The position numbers were made by a program, and so were the translations under genes. From positions 2,558-66,557 of the forward strand of contig CAWABQ010000018.1 in assembly GCA_963780265.1 (NCBI GenBank): DNA of 64,000 nt, written 5' to 3'. This DNA is from Candidatus Bathyarchaeota archaeon (GTDB taxonomy: Archaea > Thermoproteota > Bathyarchaeia > 40CM-2-53-6). Of this stretch, positions 49,151 to 58,979 are shown one piece after another. Positions within the stretch are counted from its first letter, which is position 1, and every line of letters begins with the position of its first letter. Under the pieces are notes generated by a model that saw only the letters and a list, made by a program, of their open reading frames with translations, ran no database searches and was not told the origin of the DNA.

Positions 49151-49999
49151 GTGACGGACCGTCATCCGAGCAACACCGCGATCGGTGCTGCAACAATGCG
49201 TGCTGTCCACCAGCTCATCGATGAAGAACCAAAGATTCTCAATGACCCTATTGTGCTTCGACTTCTCGACGCATCCACCCTTGACCAGATTCACTTGAAC
49301 CCAAACAAGTTCCGGACACCGAGGATGAAAGCGATGCGCTCACATATCGTGTTACGCAGCCGGTACACGGAGGATCGGTTGGCCGAGGCGGTCGACAATG
49401 GCGTTCAGCAGTATCTGATGTTGGGCGCTGGCCTCGATACCTTCCCTTATCGACAACCTCATTGGGCGAGAGTACTGCGGATTTTCGAAGTAGATCACTC
49501 AGCAAGTCAGCATTCGAAGCGCGAACGGCTGGCCTTGGCTGGGATTGAAGCTCCGGCGAACGTCGAGCTAATCGCTCTTGATTTTGAGACCACCTCTCTC
49601 CGTGATTGTTTGCGCAAAAGCAGTTTCGATTTTGGGAAACCTGCATTTCTTTCGTGGCTCGGTGTTACGATGTATCTGAGCACAGACGCGATCGATGCAG
49701 TATTCAGGTTTGCAAATTCGTTGCCAAGATCGAGCGAGATAGTTTTCACGTTTGCATCTCCTGCTTCCACAGTGAAGGAAAATTACCGTGAACGCTTGAT
49801 TGCTGTTTTTGCGGCGGGGCACGGGGAGCCATGGCTTACGCGTTTCGAGCCAAATGGCTTGGCCCACAAGTTGCATGGGTTGGGTTTTTCGACAGTATCG
49901 TTTCTTTCGGCTTCAGAGGCGGATACACAATATTTCCGAGGTCGTCACGATGGTCTTAGTGCACCGCGAAAGGTTGGGATTGTGGCCGCTACCGTCTAA
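49151..49999 (+). CDS. Class I SAM-dependent methyltransferase (leucine carboxyl methyltransferase-like family)
   Basis: NTAIGAATMRAVH...LNDPIV...RSRYTEDRL...QQYLMLGAGLDTFPYR...EVDH. Confidence 0.75.
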   Translation: MTDRHPSNTAIGAATMRAVHQLIDEEPKILNDPIVLRLLDASTLDQIHLNPNKFRTPRMKAMRSHIVLRSRYTEDRLAEAVDNGVQQYLMLGAGLDTFPYRQPHWARVLRIFEVDHSASQHSKRERLALAGIEAPANVELIALDFETTSLRDCLRKSSFDFGKPAFLSWLGVTMYLSTDAIDAVFRFANSLPRSSEIVFTFASPASTVKENYRERLIAVFAAGHGEPWLTRFEPNGLAHKLHGLGFSTVSFLSASEADTQYFRGRHDGLSAPRKVGIVAATV

Positions 50000-50154
50000 G
50001 CCGATTCGCTTGCAGTCTTTAACTAAGTACTCTACAGTTCCTTGGGCACAAGTCCGGTAGTGTACTAATAGGCTTGTAACTTGAACCATCAATTTGTGTG
50101 TGCCCTACACCAACACACCCACACAAAAATGGAAGGATTGTACCCACAAAATTG

Positions 50155-50182
50155 GTGGGTACATATCCCATCGACCCCACGA
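50155..50182 (+). repeat. Degenerate tRNA 3-prime-end copy (DR3a)
   Basis: GTGGGTACATATCCCATCGACCCCACGA, about 21/28 identical to the tRNA end. Preceded by the inverted copy GTACCCAC at 50140-50147. Confidence 0.55.
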
Positions 50183-50184
50183 CA

Positions 50185-50300
50185 GATTGCATTCCATCTT
50201 TAGTACCGGAAGCAGAAACGACTCGAAATGGGGCGTTTCAGAGATAGCCCACCGAGAATTCCAAATAAGTCCCACCGGCCCCACCATATCATGGGTTCAA
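50185..50300 (+). repeat. Repeat R-A, ending in tRNA-end copy DR3b (TCCCACCGGCCCCACCA at 50270-50286)
   Basis: About 100 nt, homologous to 60591-60689. The 17-mer is identical to the tRNA 3-prime end and is followed by tatcATGGGTTCAA. Confidence 0.7.
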
Positions 50301-50659
50301 TAGCCCGATTTTGACATGGCTTGTTTCGTAAGGCGTCAATTGTTTTCTAACCATAATCTTATTAATGACGTAAGACTTAAATATGGTTTGCTGGCCGTGC
50401 GCAAACATGGTCGGCCCTGAAAGACGGGCAGAACTAGGTTGTTGCACTCGGGAGTGCCTTGAGAAAAGAGTGCATTCGCGTCCGGCCAACATTATATTGT
50501 TTTCATACATCCCACCATAATTCTTGCGTTCGCGCGTGTATTGCGGCAAACATCTACTCGTTGACAGGGGCAACCAGTCTGGTCCCGCAACCAAAAGTGG
50601 ATTCGATTTGGAGCGAGCGTTTTCATATCGCGATGAGCTCTCTTTCCTTTGTGTGAATC

Positions 50660-50941
50660 ATGCGTGAGAGAGATAGTTTTCGAAAGAGGACTCTGCTGAC
50701 GAAAATTGAAGATCTAATCGCCGAGAGGGAGGCGGAAAAAGATAAGCTGCCATACGAGGAATACAAATCGGACGCGCAATACATACAAGGTTACGTTGCG
50801 GGCTTGGAGGAAGCGCGACGGATAATCAAAGGTCTTCCATCGGGCGGATGGCGTCCATCGGCGGTTCACCAACGGCTTGTCGAGAGAAGGAAGAAGGAGA
50901 GAATCCGGACAGCAGGGGAAGAATCTCGGACTACTTCCTAA
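50660..50941 (+). CDS. Hypothetical protein
   Basis: 93-aa charged ORF. Confidence 0.4.
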   Translation: MRERDSFRKRTLLTKIEDLIAEREAEKDKLPYEEYKSDAQYIQGYVAGLEEARRIIKGLPSGGWRPSAVHQRLVERRKKERIRTAGEESRTTS

Positions 50942-51434
50942 GCGCCATCGCGTTCAATGATGATTCCTAACAAGAGAAGAACATTGCCTGTGTCCTTTTC
51001 GGACGTGTCACTTGATGTGACACTTGTGAAGGGCGTTCTGCTATCTGTCTGATGGCGCACTGGATATGTGTGCGCGGTTCTTTTTGCGCTTGCTCCTAAC
51101 TGGAGTTAGACCAATTCCCCCGCGTCTCGCTTTGCCTTCAAGCAAGGTGAGGTCAAACTCAATCTTCTTCCTCCTCTTGCGGCCAACTTTACTTTCCTTC
51201 CACGCCAAGATGGTTCAACGACCAGAACGCAACAAGACTAGATTTAGATTCCGGCAGCCCACAGACACACATAAGTTGGGCTGTGTGTGAACTACTAAGA
51301 ACTCAGCGGAGCTCTGGTAATCCGCGTTTCAGATTGGGGCGGTTACCTCATGCCTAGCGGTCAAAAGACCCAAGAAGCCATTAATGATGGAGCAAACGTG
51401 AATAAGATAGAAGCATGCGGCGGAGGCGATAGTA

Positions 51435-51653
51435 TTGAGTGAAGAGTCCGACGAGGAAGAGGAAAAGCAGCGTGAAGAATCGCAGGAAGACGATCAGCGA
51501 GAGATGGAAGATAAAGAAGAGCTGGACCGGGAAGGCGCTGATGAGAGTGCCGAAGAGGAAAAGGACGAGGATAGACTGGAGCAGGATGAGGAAGAGCGTG
51601 AACGTGAAGGGACACAGCTGAAGGTCAAGAAACCCAAGAAAAAGTCTCCATGA
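51435..51653 (+). CDS. Extremely acidic low-complexity protein
   Basis: 72 aa, Glu/Asp-rich, with a TTG start. An antisense ORF also exists, so confidence is low. Confidence 0.3.
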   Translation: MSEESDEEEEKQREESQEDDQREMEDKEELDREGADESAEEEKDEDRLEQDEEEREREGTQLKVKKPKKKSP

Positions 51654-51716
51654 AAGCAGAATGATTCAGCAGCAGGTTGGGCAGATGGTTGCGCGCGCTA
51701 CCACCTAAGCCATGAT

Positions 51717-52136
51717 TTACTTCGCGATGAGGCGCCCAATTATCGTAAGCATGATGCCCAGCACGTACCCCCATGTCGATGAGACATATCCTTCGAACAA
51801 TTCGTTGATTGGTATTCCTTGGTGCCAAGCGAGGCTCATGGGGATCATGAAACCTACCAGACCTAATCCGGCACCGAGCATTACCAAGAGCTTTCCTATC
51901 CTTGGTACGTGGAAGATCAAGAGGCCACCTATTATGACAGAGATTCCACCAAGGGCGGCTATGAATATCAGCACCCTCGTGGCGAGGATTGGGGACGCGT
52001 TAACTGCTGGTTGAATGTAGTTCAGGATTTCCTCCAGCAAGGGCTTCATGCCGGTGGTTCCTGCGACCACAAGAAGAGCACCGCCGACAATGCACAGGAT
52101 ACCGGCAGTTTTGTTCCTTGGAGTCACAACCTCCAC
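51717..52136 (-). CDS. Membrane protein, hypothetical
   Basis: 139 aa with 4 TM segments. Confidence 0.5.
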   Translation of the reverse strand: MEVVTPRNKTAGILCIVGGALLVVAGTTGMKPLLEEILNYIQPAVNASPILATRVLIFIAALGGISVIIGGLLIFHVPRIGKLLVMLGAGLGLVGFMIPMSLAWHQGIPINELFEGYVSSTWGYVLGIMLTIIGRLIAK

Positions 52137-52275
52137 TTCCCCATAGCCTGTTTGGTCCGTATCGTTTTGATGCGATACCCATGATCTTATGGCTTCAACG
52201 TTTTCAATTTAATAAGAGAAAAGAGGACGAGCACAGTCAGTGCTCGGTCTAGTCGGTTTAGTTTCGATGCTCTGA

Positions 52276-52562
52276 TCACCAATAGTACGGATATCCGTAC
52301 GAACCGTAGCTGTACCAAGGGGAGTAATAGTTCCATCCATAGTAAGGATAACTATACGAACCGTAGCTGTAACCGTACGACGGATAGCCATACGATGGGT
52401 AACCGTACGATCCGTAACCGTTCGATGGGTAACCGTACGATGGATAACCGTACGATTGGTAACCGTTCGATGATAACCGTACGACGGATAACCATACGAC
52501 GGAGCGAACATGTAGTCCGGTCTGCGACCGTAATAATTGTTCCCAATACATGCACATGACAT
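52276..52562 (-). pseudogene. Tyr/Gly/Ser/Pro-rich low-complexity protein with a 1-nt frameshift near 52471
   Basis: MSCACIGNNYYGRRPDYMFAPSYGYPSYGY, then in the other frame (P)SNGYQSYGYPSYGYPSNGYGSYGYPSYGYPSYGYSYGSYSYPYYGWNYYSPWYSYGSYGYPYYW. A GGAGGTGA ribosome-binding site lies upstream. Confidence 0.6.
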
Positions 52563-52583
52563 TTCTTTTCTTCACCTCCCTTC

Positions 52584-52766
52584 TTACGTCCGACGATCTC
52601 CAGGCTTCGACCAGTCCTTACCTAGCCAGTCACTGACAGCTTCCTCTATCGCGACACTGAGGTCTCCTTTCTTCCCTCCGAGCCTCTTCACGATTGTCAA
52701 TCGCAGTCGGCGCTCAATGTCATCCGAGAGTACTACGTAGATTTTCCCAAAGGATATCTGGCTGAA
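52584..52766 (-). pseudogene. Ribbon-helix-helix (CopG-like) paralog lacking a canonical start codon
   Basis: FGKIYVVLSDDIERRLRLTIVKRLGGKKGDLSVAIEEAVSDWL compares with MGKMYIVLSDETERRLRLAVVTILGGKKGDLSSAIEVAIKEWL at 53151-53369. The Met position is TTT here. Confidence 0.5.
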
Positions 52767-53150
52767 CTATATAGTGCGCAAAGCACGATATAAGCTTATA
52801 TATTTAACGATTTATACTGTATAACTGCGGGCCGAATTCCAGTGAGGAAGGAGACTTATTCGTGTACACATCGGTCTTCTTGGGAATCATGCTCATTGAT
52901 TCTCGTTCTTTGGTTGATTCTTCGTTAGAACTGAAGCTTTTTCGCGCTTAGAGGCGATTCCCGTAATACTCATGTAGAGATACTACGGTTCCAGAAATGC
53001 GTGAAGAAGAGGGATTTGCGCCTACAAGTAATTAGAATGACTTAGGGTATGCCAGAATTATGAGGGGAGCGATGAGTTCTAACAACAGGAAACCTTGAAG
53101 CCAGTCACTGGATTCGAGGTTCAATATTGGTCGGACATGATCCACAAAGA

Positions 53151-53369
53151 TCATTTCGAAGCACGGGGTCTCCCTGGACCTCTTTCATGCAGCTGGCCGC
53201 GCACCCATTTGGTAATGTTGGCTTCTGTGGCATGTTTGTCCAGCCATTCTTTGATAGCCACCTCGATGGCACTGCTTAGATCGCCTTTCTTTCCGCCGAG
53301 AATTGTGACAACGGCCAGTCGGAGTCTGCGTTCCGTCTCGTCAGAAAGAACTATGTACATCTTGCCCAA
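53151..53369 (-). CDS. Ribbon-helix-helix (CopG-like) DNA-binding protein
   Basis: 72 aa with an N-terminal beta-strand / helix pattern typical of RHH proteins. Confidence 0.65.
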   Translation of the reverse strand: MGKMYIVLSDETERRLRLAVVTILGGKKGDLSSAIEVAIKEWLDKHATEANITKWVRGQLHERGPGRPRASK

Positions 53370-53402
53370 GGTCTACATTCCCGGAGTACGCTACGTTCAG
53401 CA

Positions 53403-53418
53403 TTAACGATATAAATAT
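53403..53418. promoter_or_regulatory. Conserved 16-mer TTAACGATATAAATAT (copy 1), in the promoter/operator zone between the RHH gene and 53433
   Basis: An identical 16-mer is at 57983-57998. A related sequence TTAACGATTTATAC is at 52804-52817. Confidence 0.55.
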
Positions 53419-53432
53419 ATAACCTTATAAGC

Positions 53433-53729
53433 GTGATTCAACTACTGTTAGGTCCTGAGTTAATTGATATGAGCAAGATCTATTCTATGATAGCGCCTTT
53501 ACTTGGTGTAAGTCTGTTTCGGGTCCTTAACGAATTAGGTGTGAATCAGAGTGCAGGTTCCATGGTTAATTCAGCGTACCAGTGGCTGCTGACACTGAAC
53601 CCAATCGTTGTGATAATTCTAGGTGTGATCGTGTTCTTCGCGGGCAAGCTAGCGAAATGGGTCGGCGTCATAATGATTATCGTCGGCATCATCTTCCTCG
53701 CCCTGCCGTACCTATTGAAACTCATTTAG
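53433..53729 (+). CDS. Small membrane protein
   Basis: 98 aa with 2-3 TM segments. Confidence 0.45.
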   Translation: MIQLLLGPELIDMSKIYSMIAPLLGVSLFRVLNELGVNQSAGSMVNSAYQWLLTLNPIVVIILGVIVFFAGKLAKWVGVIMIIVGIIFLALPYLLKLI

Positions 53730-53752
53730 AATCTAAACGTGCGTGATTCTCG

Positions 53753-54070
53753 ATGGCTAAAGCTTCCTTAGGACGGCTTGCGTACATTCTCGCATTGATA
53801 GGCGGAGTAATCCTCGTAATCCAGGGTCTCCTGAGCTTCGTGGGAATGGCCTTCATGATGCTCATGCCATCGGTGCTTGGGTCCCTCGGTGGAGCCTTTT
53901 GGGGAATCATTGAAATCATCCTCGGCATTGTTGCCATCTATGGCGCCAAACGTGCTACCGACCTCACTTGGGATATTGTTCTCATAGTCGTAGGAGTGAT
54001 CGGAGGCGGCCTTGGCGGCGTACTCGTACTCATCGGCGGCATAGTCGGCTTAGCATCAAAGTACCTCTGA
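53753..54070 (+). CDS. Gly-rich 4-TM membrane protein
   Basis: 105 aa. Similar in style to the N-terminal part of 47349-47810. Confidence 0.5.
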   Translation: MAKASLGRLAYILALIGGVILVIQGLLSFVGMAFMMLMPSVLGSLGGAFWGIIEIILGIVAIYGAKRATDLTWDIVLIVVGVIGGGLGGVLVLIGGIVGLASKYL

Positions 54071-54135
54071 ATGAGCTCAGCATGAACGAGCGAAGGAAGA
54101 TGCGCATTGTCTTGTGTACCTCCCTCGACCGATAG

Positions 54136-56962
54136 GTGTGGAGCAACTTGAGTGAGAAAGGAAAGAGAGCTTTCCTTCAAACAGTAATAATTCTCCTTAC
54201 GTTATTTTCCTCTTCCGCCATGGCGGTAAATGCGCAACTGCTTCCTACATTCGCGCTGGCCACTTCACCTTCCAGTTTGAATTTGGTGGCAGGTTCGCAA
54301 GCGAGCGTAGTTGTAACCGTTACTTCGGTGAGCGGATTCAGTGATCCGGTGCAACTGTTTTTCTCAGTCCTTCCAGTTGGTGTGACGGTTAATCTCAGCT
54401 CAAATCCTGTTACGCCGCCTGCGGGAGGTACCGTGACCACAACCGCGTCGTTCACGGTGGATTCAAGTGTGTCCGGTAACACATACTATCTCACGCTTGT
54501 TGGATCGAGTGGTTCAATTATCCACACTTATACGTTTGGCCTGCAAGTAACACCCCGGACTATCCCGCAGGACTTCGGGATCTCTGTCTCCCCGCCAGTC
54601 CTCAACATAGCACCCGGCGGACACGGATCCTCGACCGTCACCGTCTTCTCCTTCAACGGTTTCTCTTCAGGCGTATCTTTGATACATAGCGGGGGACCTT
54701 CGGGTGTGTCTTTGAGTTTCTCGCAAAGCCACTTGTTTCCGCCCTCAGGCGTTTCGAGCCCTTATGGTACATCAGCTAGTTCAGTCCTTTCGATCTCCGT
54801 TCCGTCATGGGTTGCTGTTGGGCTTTACCCTATCGCCGTGACCGGTACAAGCGACCCGTTAGGTGTCTCTCAAAGCGTAATCGTTCATTCGACCCAGTTC
54901 ACTTTGCAGGTGGTTTCACCTAAGGATTTCACTATCGCAATTGCGCCTTCGAGCCTAAGCATGCAGCCTGGCACATCTACGACCGCCACTGTAACCGTGA
55001 GCTCTTTCGGCGGATTCTCTTCTGCCGTAGAACTAACAGCTAATGGTCCCTCCGGGGTGTCTTTGAATTTCTCACCAAATCCGATGACCGAATTGCCGGG
55101 AGGGGCAGCAACTGCAACCGCGGTCATATCAGTTAGTCCGTCGGCTAGTTCGGGAACTTACCCGATGCTGATTACTGGAATCGGCGGAGGGTTAACGCAT
55201 AGCACAACCATCACAATTATCGTATCGCAAGCTGCGAGCCCAGACTTTTCCATCACCTCTTCGTCTGCTCCGATCGGAATTAATCAAGGAGCGAGCTCGG
55301 GAGGAACCGTCTATGTGTCCTCAATTAACCACTTTACGTCGCCCATCACCCTGTCCGCATCCTGGTTTGGCATATCCCCTCAAGGCCTATCCTTCACTAT
55401 TCCTGGATCTGCCACCCCGCCGGACGATGGGTCGACTCCTGCTGCCGTAACATTTTCCGCCTCGACTACGGCTCAAGTGGGAACCTATACGCTCAACGTA
55501 GTAGGGACGAGTGGTTCACTTAGCCATGCGGTGAATATCTTGATCCAGGTCATAGTATCAGGAGGCGACTTCAGCGTCTCAATTTCACCGACAACGATTA
55601 ATGTGATTCAAGGCTCACAAACAACCTCAACGGTAACATTGCAAGCTTCCGGCACATTCTCCTCTCCTGTCACTCTCACAACAACCGCCGTGAACGGATT
55701 GAGCCTTAGCTTCAATGCGAGCCCTATACTTGTGCCGTTAGCGGGAACCGCAGCCGCCCAGCTTATCGTATCAGTCGCAGGATCAACACCAACGGGAACT
55801 TACACGATACCGATTATTGCAACAAGCGGATCCCTGTCGCATTCCACAAGCTTGACGGTAACCGTGATTCGGGCTGGCTTGCAAGACTTCGCAATTGGAG
55901 TTTCGTCAGCGACGATCATGATAAATCAGGGAAGTTCAAAGACGGCAACGATATCTGTCTATTCACAAAACGCATTCAGTTCCAGCGTCTCACTGTCAGC
56001 CTCCTGGAGTAGCATAGCTCCTGACGGAGTCACGATCAACCTCGATGGACCTGTAACCCCATTGTCAAACGCAGTCGCCTCCTCGACTCTAACCATAACT
56101 ACTTCCCTCACATCCACAACGGGAAGCTACCTGCTGCAGGTCACCGGGTTCAGTGGATTGCTTATACATACAGCGAATGTGACTATTCAGGTCACGTCCT
56201 CTTCAACTACGATTACATCCACGATTACATCCAGCAGCGCGTGCGTCCACCAGCAAAAACCGGATTGTGTCTCATCGCGACTGCAACGTATGGTTCGCAG
56301 GTGGCGCCTGAGGTTCAGTTGCTCCGCAACTTCCGTGACAATTCCCTCATGAAGACCAAATCTGGTTCCAGTTTCATGTTGGTCTTTCAACGCTTGGTAC
56401 TATTCGTTCAGCCCCAACGTTGCCGCGTACTTGAACACGCACTGGGTTGAACGAACAGTGATGAAGGGCGTGCTCTATCCGCTCGTAGGAATCCTATACC
56501 TAACATCAAACCTGTTCTCAGCAACCTCCGCCTACCCTGAGCTTGCTGTGCTAATATCCGGCCTACTAGCTAGTTCTCTAATCGGCGCTTTCTACTTGGG
56601 AGTACCCTTGGGTGTGCTGAGAGCTAGAGTTCAGGCGTCTCCGCAATTGGAAGGGTCAGGGGATGCTTGAGAGAGCGCTCGCTGCCATGCTGTTCGGCGG
56701 ATTAGGAACCCTCATGTTCGGAGAGCTGCTCTCATCACAACCAGCCCTCATAATATCCACAGCCACGATAGTGCTTGTCGACGCTCTTCATATCCTCAGC
56801 AATAGTATCCAAGAAAATCTGCAGCCGACTCTAGAAACCAAATCTCGACAGAAAACCACCACATGCCAATCGGTGAGTATTAAGTCTCAGTTATACGTCG
56901 AATTTCAGCAGTACCTACGTACCCAGCAAGGAGCCAATCAATCTAGATCCCGCGCACCATGA
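54136..56962 (+). pseudogene. Repeat-rich surface/adhesin protein (about seven Ig-like repeats of about 100 aa) whose C-terminal membrane anchor is broken by three frameshifts
   Basis: The 738-aa ORF is followed by ORFs at 56241, 56431 and 56663 in other frames. Joined, they read ..GLCLIATATYGSQVAPEVQLLRNFRDN..FMLVF/NAWYYSFSPNVAAYL..PELAVLISGLLASSLIGAFYLG.., collinear with the anchor of 24450-27609. Confidence 0.7.
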
Positions 56963-57042
56963 GACTCACCACCGAAGCTTACATTTGACGACGGTCTGAA
57001 CGAAGGATAGTGGCCCAAAAGGGTTAAACTTGTAGAGGCAAC

Positions 57043-57360
57043 ATGAATGTCTCTATGCCAAGAACGATCGATGAAGCTGAAGCAAAGAAAATCGCCCTGG
57101 AGTATGTCAAGAAAGAGGAATCAGGCGCACAAGCGGAAATCAAATCAGTAGAACGGCAAGACATATGGGTATTGGAAATTTCCTGGGCGATGCAGACGGA
57201 AAAAACAAAGGGCACCCAATACGCCAATGTAACCGTTTCCGGGACAGGGGAAGTTAGAGATTACAAGAAGACACGTTTTCAAAGCGGTTCTGTATCACAA
57301 AGAATCCTTTCAAAGGTACGGGACATATTTTCGCGCAGCAAGCCCGGAGAAAAAAGCTAG
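57043..57360 (+). CDS. Hypothetical protein (PepSY-like by eye)
   Basis: 105-aa ORF. Confidence 0.4.
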   Translation: MNVSMPRTIDEAEAKKIALEYVKKEESGAQAEIKSVERQDIWVLEISWAMQTEKTKGTQYANVTVSGTGEVRDYKKTRFQSGSVSQRILSKVRDIFSRSKPGEKS

Positions 57361-57494
57361 AACCTCGAATGATTGCGACAGGAGTTAACCGTGGGTGTCC
57401 ACCACCATCGCTTAGTCTACTGTGGCAGGTCTATGATGCAAAAGAAAAAACGTACGATTAAGCTATTCGCTTAATCGTCACTTAGAAATTCAAC

Positions 57495-57644
57495 TCAAAT
57501 CGATGCCTTAGCCTTTTGCCATTTTTCGCGAACCTTTCCTACCCGCTGTTCAGACTTGCCCTTAATCACCTGGCCCATATTCAATGTCAATTTGCCTTCT
57601 AGTTCACGAAGCTTACCCTTTATCTGCTGGTTTTTACCCCTCAT
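57495..57644 (-). CDS. CsbD-like small stress protein
   Basis: Manually read 49 aa: MRGKNQQIKGKLRELEGKLTLNMGQVIKGKSEQRVGKVREKWQKAKASI. AAGGTGA lies upstream. Below the ORF-track cut-off. Confidence 0.55.
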   Translation of the reverse strand: MRGKNQQIKGKLRELEGKLTLNMGQVIKGKSEQRVGKVREKWQKAKASI

Positions 57645-57982
57645 GATTTCTTTTCACCTTCCTTACCTGATATATAGATATCAGTACACATATGTAAGCA
57701 TTGTTCTGCATAACCGGGGGTATGAATGTTCCTATGTAATCCAGCTCTTGACGCAGTCAATTACTAGAGCGTAGATGTCTGACTCATCCATGTCGCCGTT
57801 TTATTCGCTTTGTCCTAGGTGCAGGTCAACGACGCGATTCGAATCGGAAGCTTGAGAATCCGTTAGGCGCTATAGGAGCTGGAAGGAGATAGAGGCATCC
57901 ACACGTGGCCACGCGATGGCCTACAGAATTGCGGGAGATTGCAGTGGCCTCATCGGGGCACTAGGTTTTTACGTCTCCCAGT

Positions 57983-57998
57983 TTAACGATATAAATAT
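57983..57998. promoter_or_regulatory. Conserved 16-mer TTAACGATATAAATAT (copy 2), about 50 nt upstream of 58051
   Basis: Exact repeat of 53403-53418. Confidence 0.55.
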
Positions 57999-58050
57999 GT
58001 GGCGCTTCTTAGCGCAATTCAACTATGTTACGTCGTGAGGCGAATCGTTG

Positions 58051-58203
58051 ATGGACCTATTGGTTGCTATAATCGTGGTCATCGTGATTCTCTGGCTACT
58101 GGGACTCGTTGCCGGTATCGCCGGAGGTCTAATCAATATATTGCTCGTCATCGCAGTCATAGTGATAATAGTTAGACTACTTCGAGGACGTCGGATATTG
58201 TAG
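58051..58203 (+). CDS. Small hydrophobic membrane protein (lmo0937-like family by eye)
   Basis: Manually read 50 aa: MDLLVAIIVVIVILWLLGLVAGIAGGLINILLVIAVIVIIVRLLRGRRIL. Confidence 0.5.
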   Translation: MDLLVAIIVVIVILWLLGLVAGIAGGLINILLVIAVIVIIVRLLRGRRIL

Positions 58204-58217
58204 TCGGAGGTCTTGCT

Positions 58218-58436
58218 ATGAGTTATTCTAGTAATTACTGCGATCAGTGCGGCGCCAACCTGAAGGTCCAGTTCGAGTTCCGTGAGGACCAGCCCATGCT
58301 GTTCTACTGTCTTCAGTGCAAAGCCCCTAGAACCGTCGTGGCCACAGAGCATAAGCACCGAACCGACTACGCACTGGCTGATTGCCCCACATGCGGCTCA
58401 AAAATGAGCACGTACGAAGCGAACCCTGCAGGATAG
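58218..58436 (+). CDS. Zinc-ribbon protein
   Basis: 72 aa with CDQC...CLQC...CPTC. Confidence 0.5.
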   Translation: MSYSSNYCDQCGANLKVQFEFREDQPMLFYCLQCKAPRTVVATEHKHRTDYALADCPTCGSKMSTYEANPAG

Positions 58437-58474
58437 ACCAGACCTGAAAAAGAAATTCAAGGGGTGATTTCAAA

Positions 58475-58594
58475 ATGGCGAAGAAGAGTAGAGGCGGCAG
58501 AATGACTGCGGCTAAGAGGCGTGCCGCTAAGTCAGCTGGTGGACGCGGTCCCGTGAAAAAACGTCGAGCGGGTCGAAACATCATGAGGACTTAA
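58475..58594 (+). CDS. Very basic 39-aa peptide
   Basis: MAKKSRGGRMTAAKRRAAKSAGGRGPVKKRRAGRNIMRT. GGGGTGAT lies upstream. Confidence 0.35.
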   Translation: MAKKSRGGRMTAAKRRAAKSAGGRGPVKKRRAGRNIMRT

Positions 58595-58979
58595 GAGTGA
58601 AGGAGCATAGGATTATTACAGCTCCTTCCCATGGCCGGCTTTCCACAGCCCGGTAGACCAAACGGGGACTTCACAAAACCAAAATTCAGCCAAGCAGGAC
58701 TGACTCGCGTACAGTTAATCGAGGCATTTCTCTTTCATTCTAGTTGTGTGTTCGCACCTTTAGGCCTGTGCAGGAGTATTATGGTGCGGGGAGTGGGATT
58801 CGCCTCCGCTATCGCAGATCGAGCGTTTCGCTTATCAGAAATCCCCGGCACAGTACCTTCTTAGTCCGCTTCGTGAGAATTATTCAGCTAGTGCCGAATC
58901 TTACCCTCCACTCCCTGACTACTTTGTAGTTAGCGTTTATCTAGCAACTTAGTTATGATGAGTATAGTGATGCCACAGA

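Noticed and set aside
48974-49294. 106-aa minus-strand ORF next to DR2
   Set aside because: It overlaps the 5-prime end of the well-supported methyltransferase gene on the opposite strand and has no motifs. At most it is a remnant.
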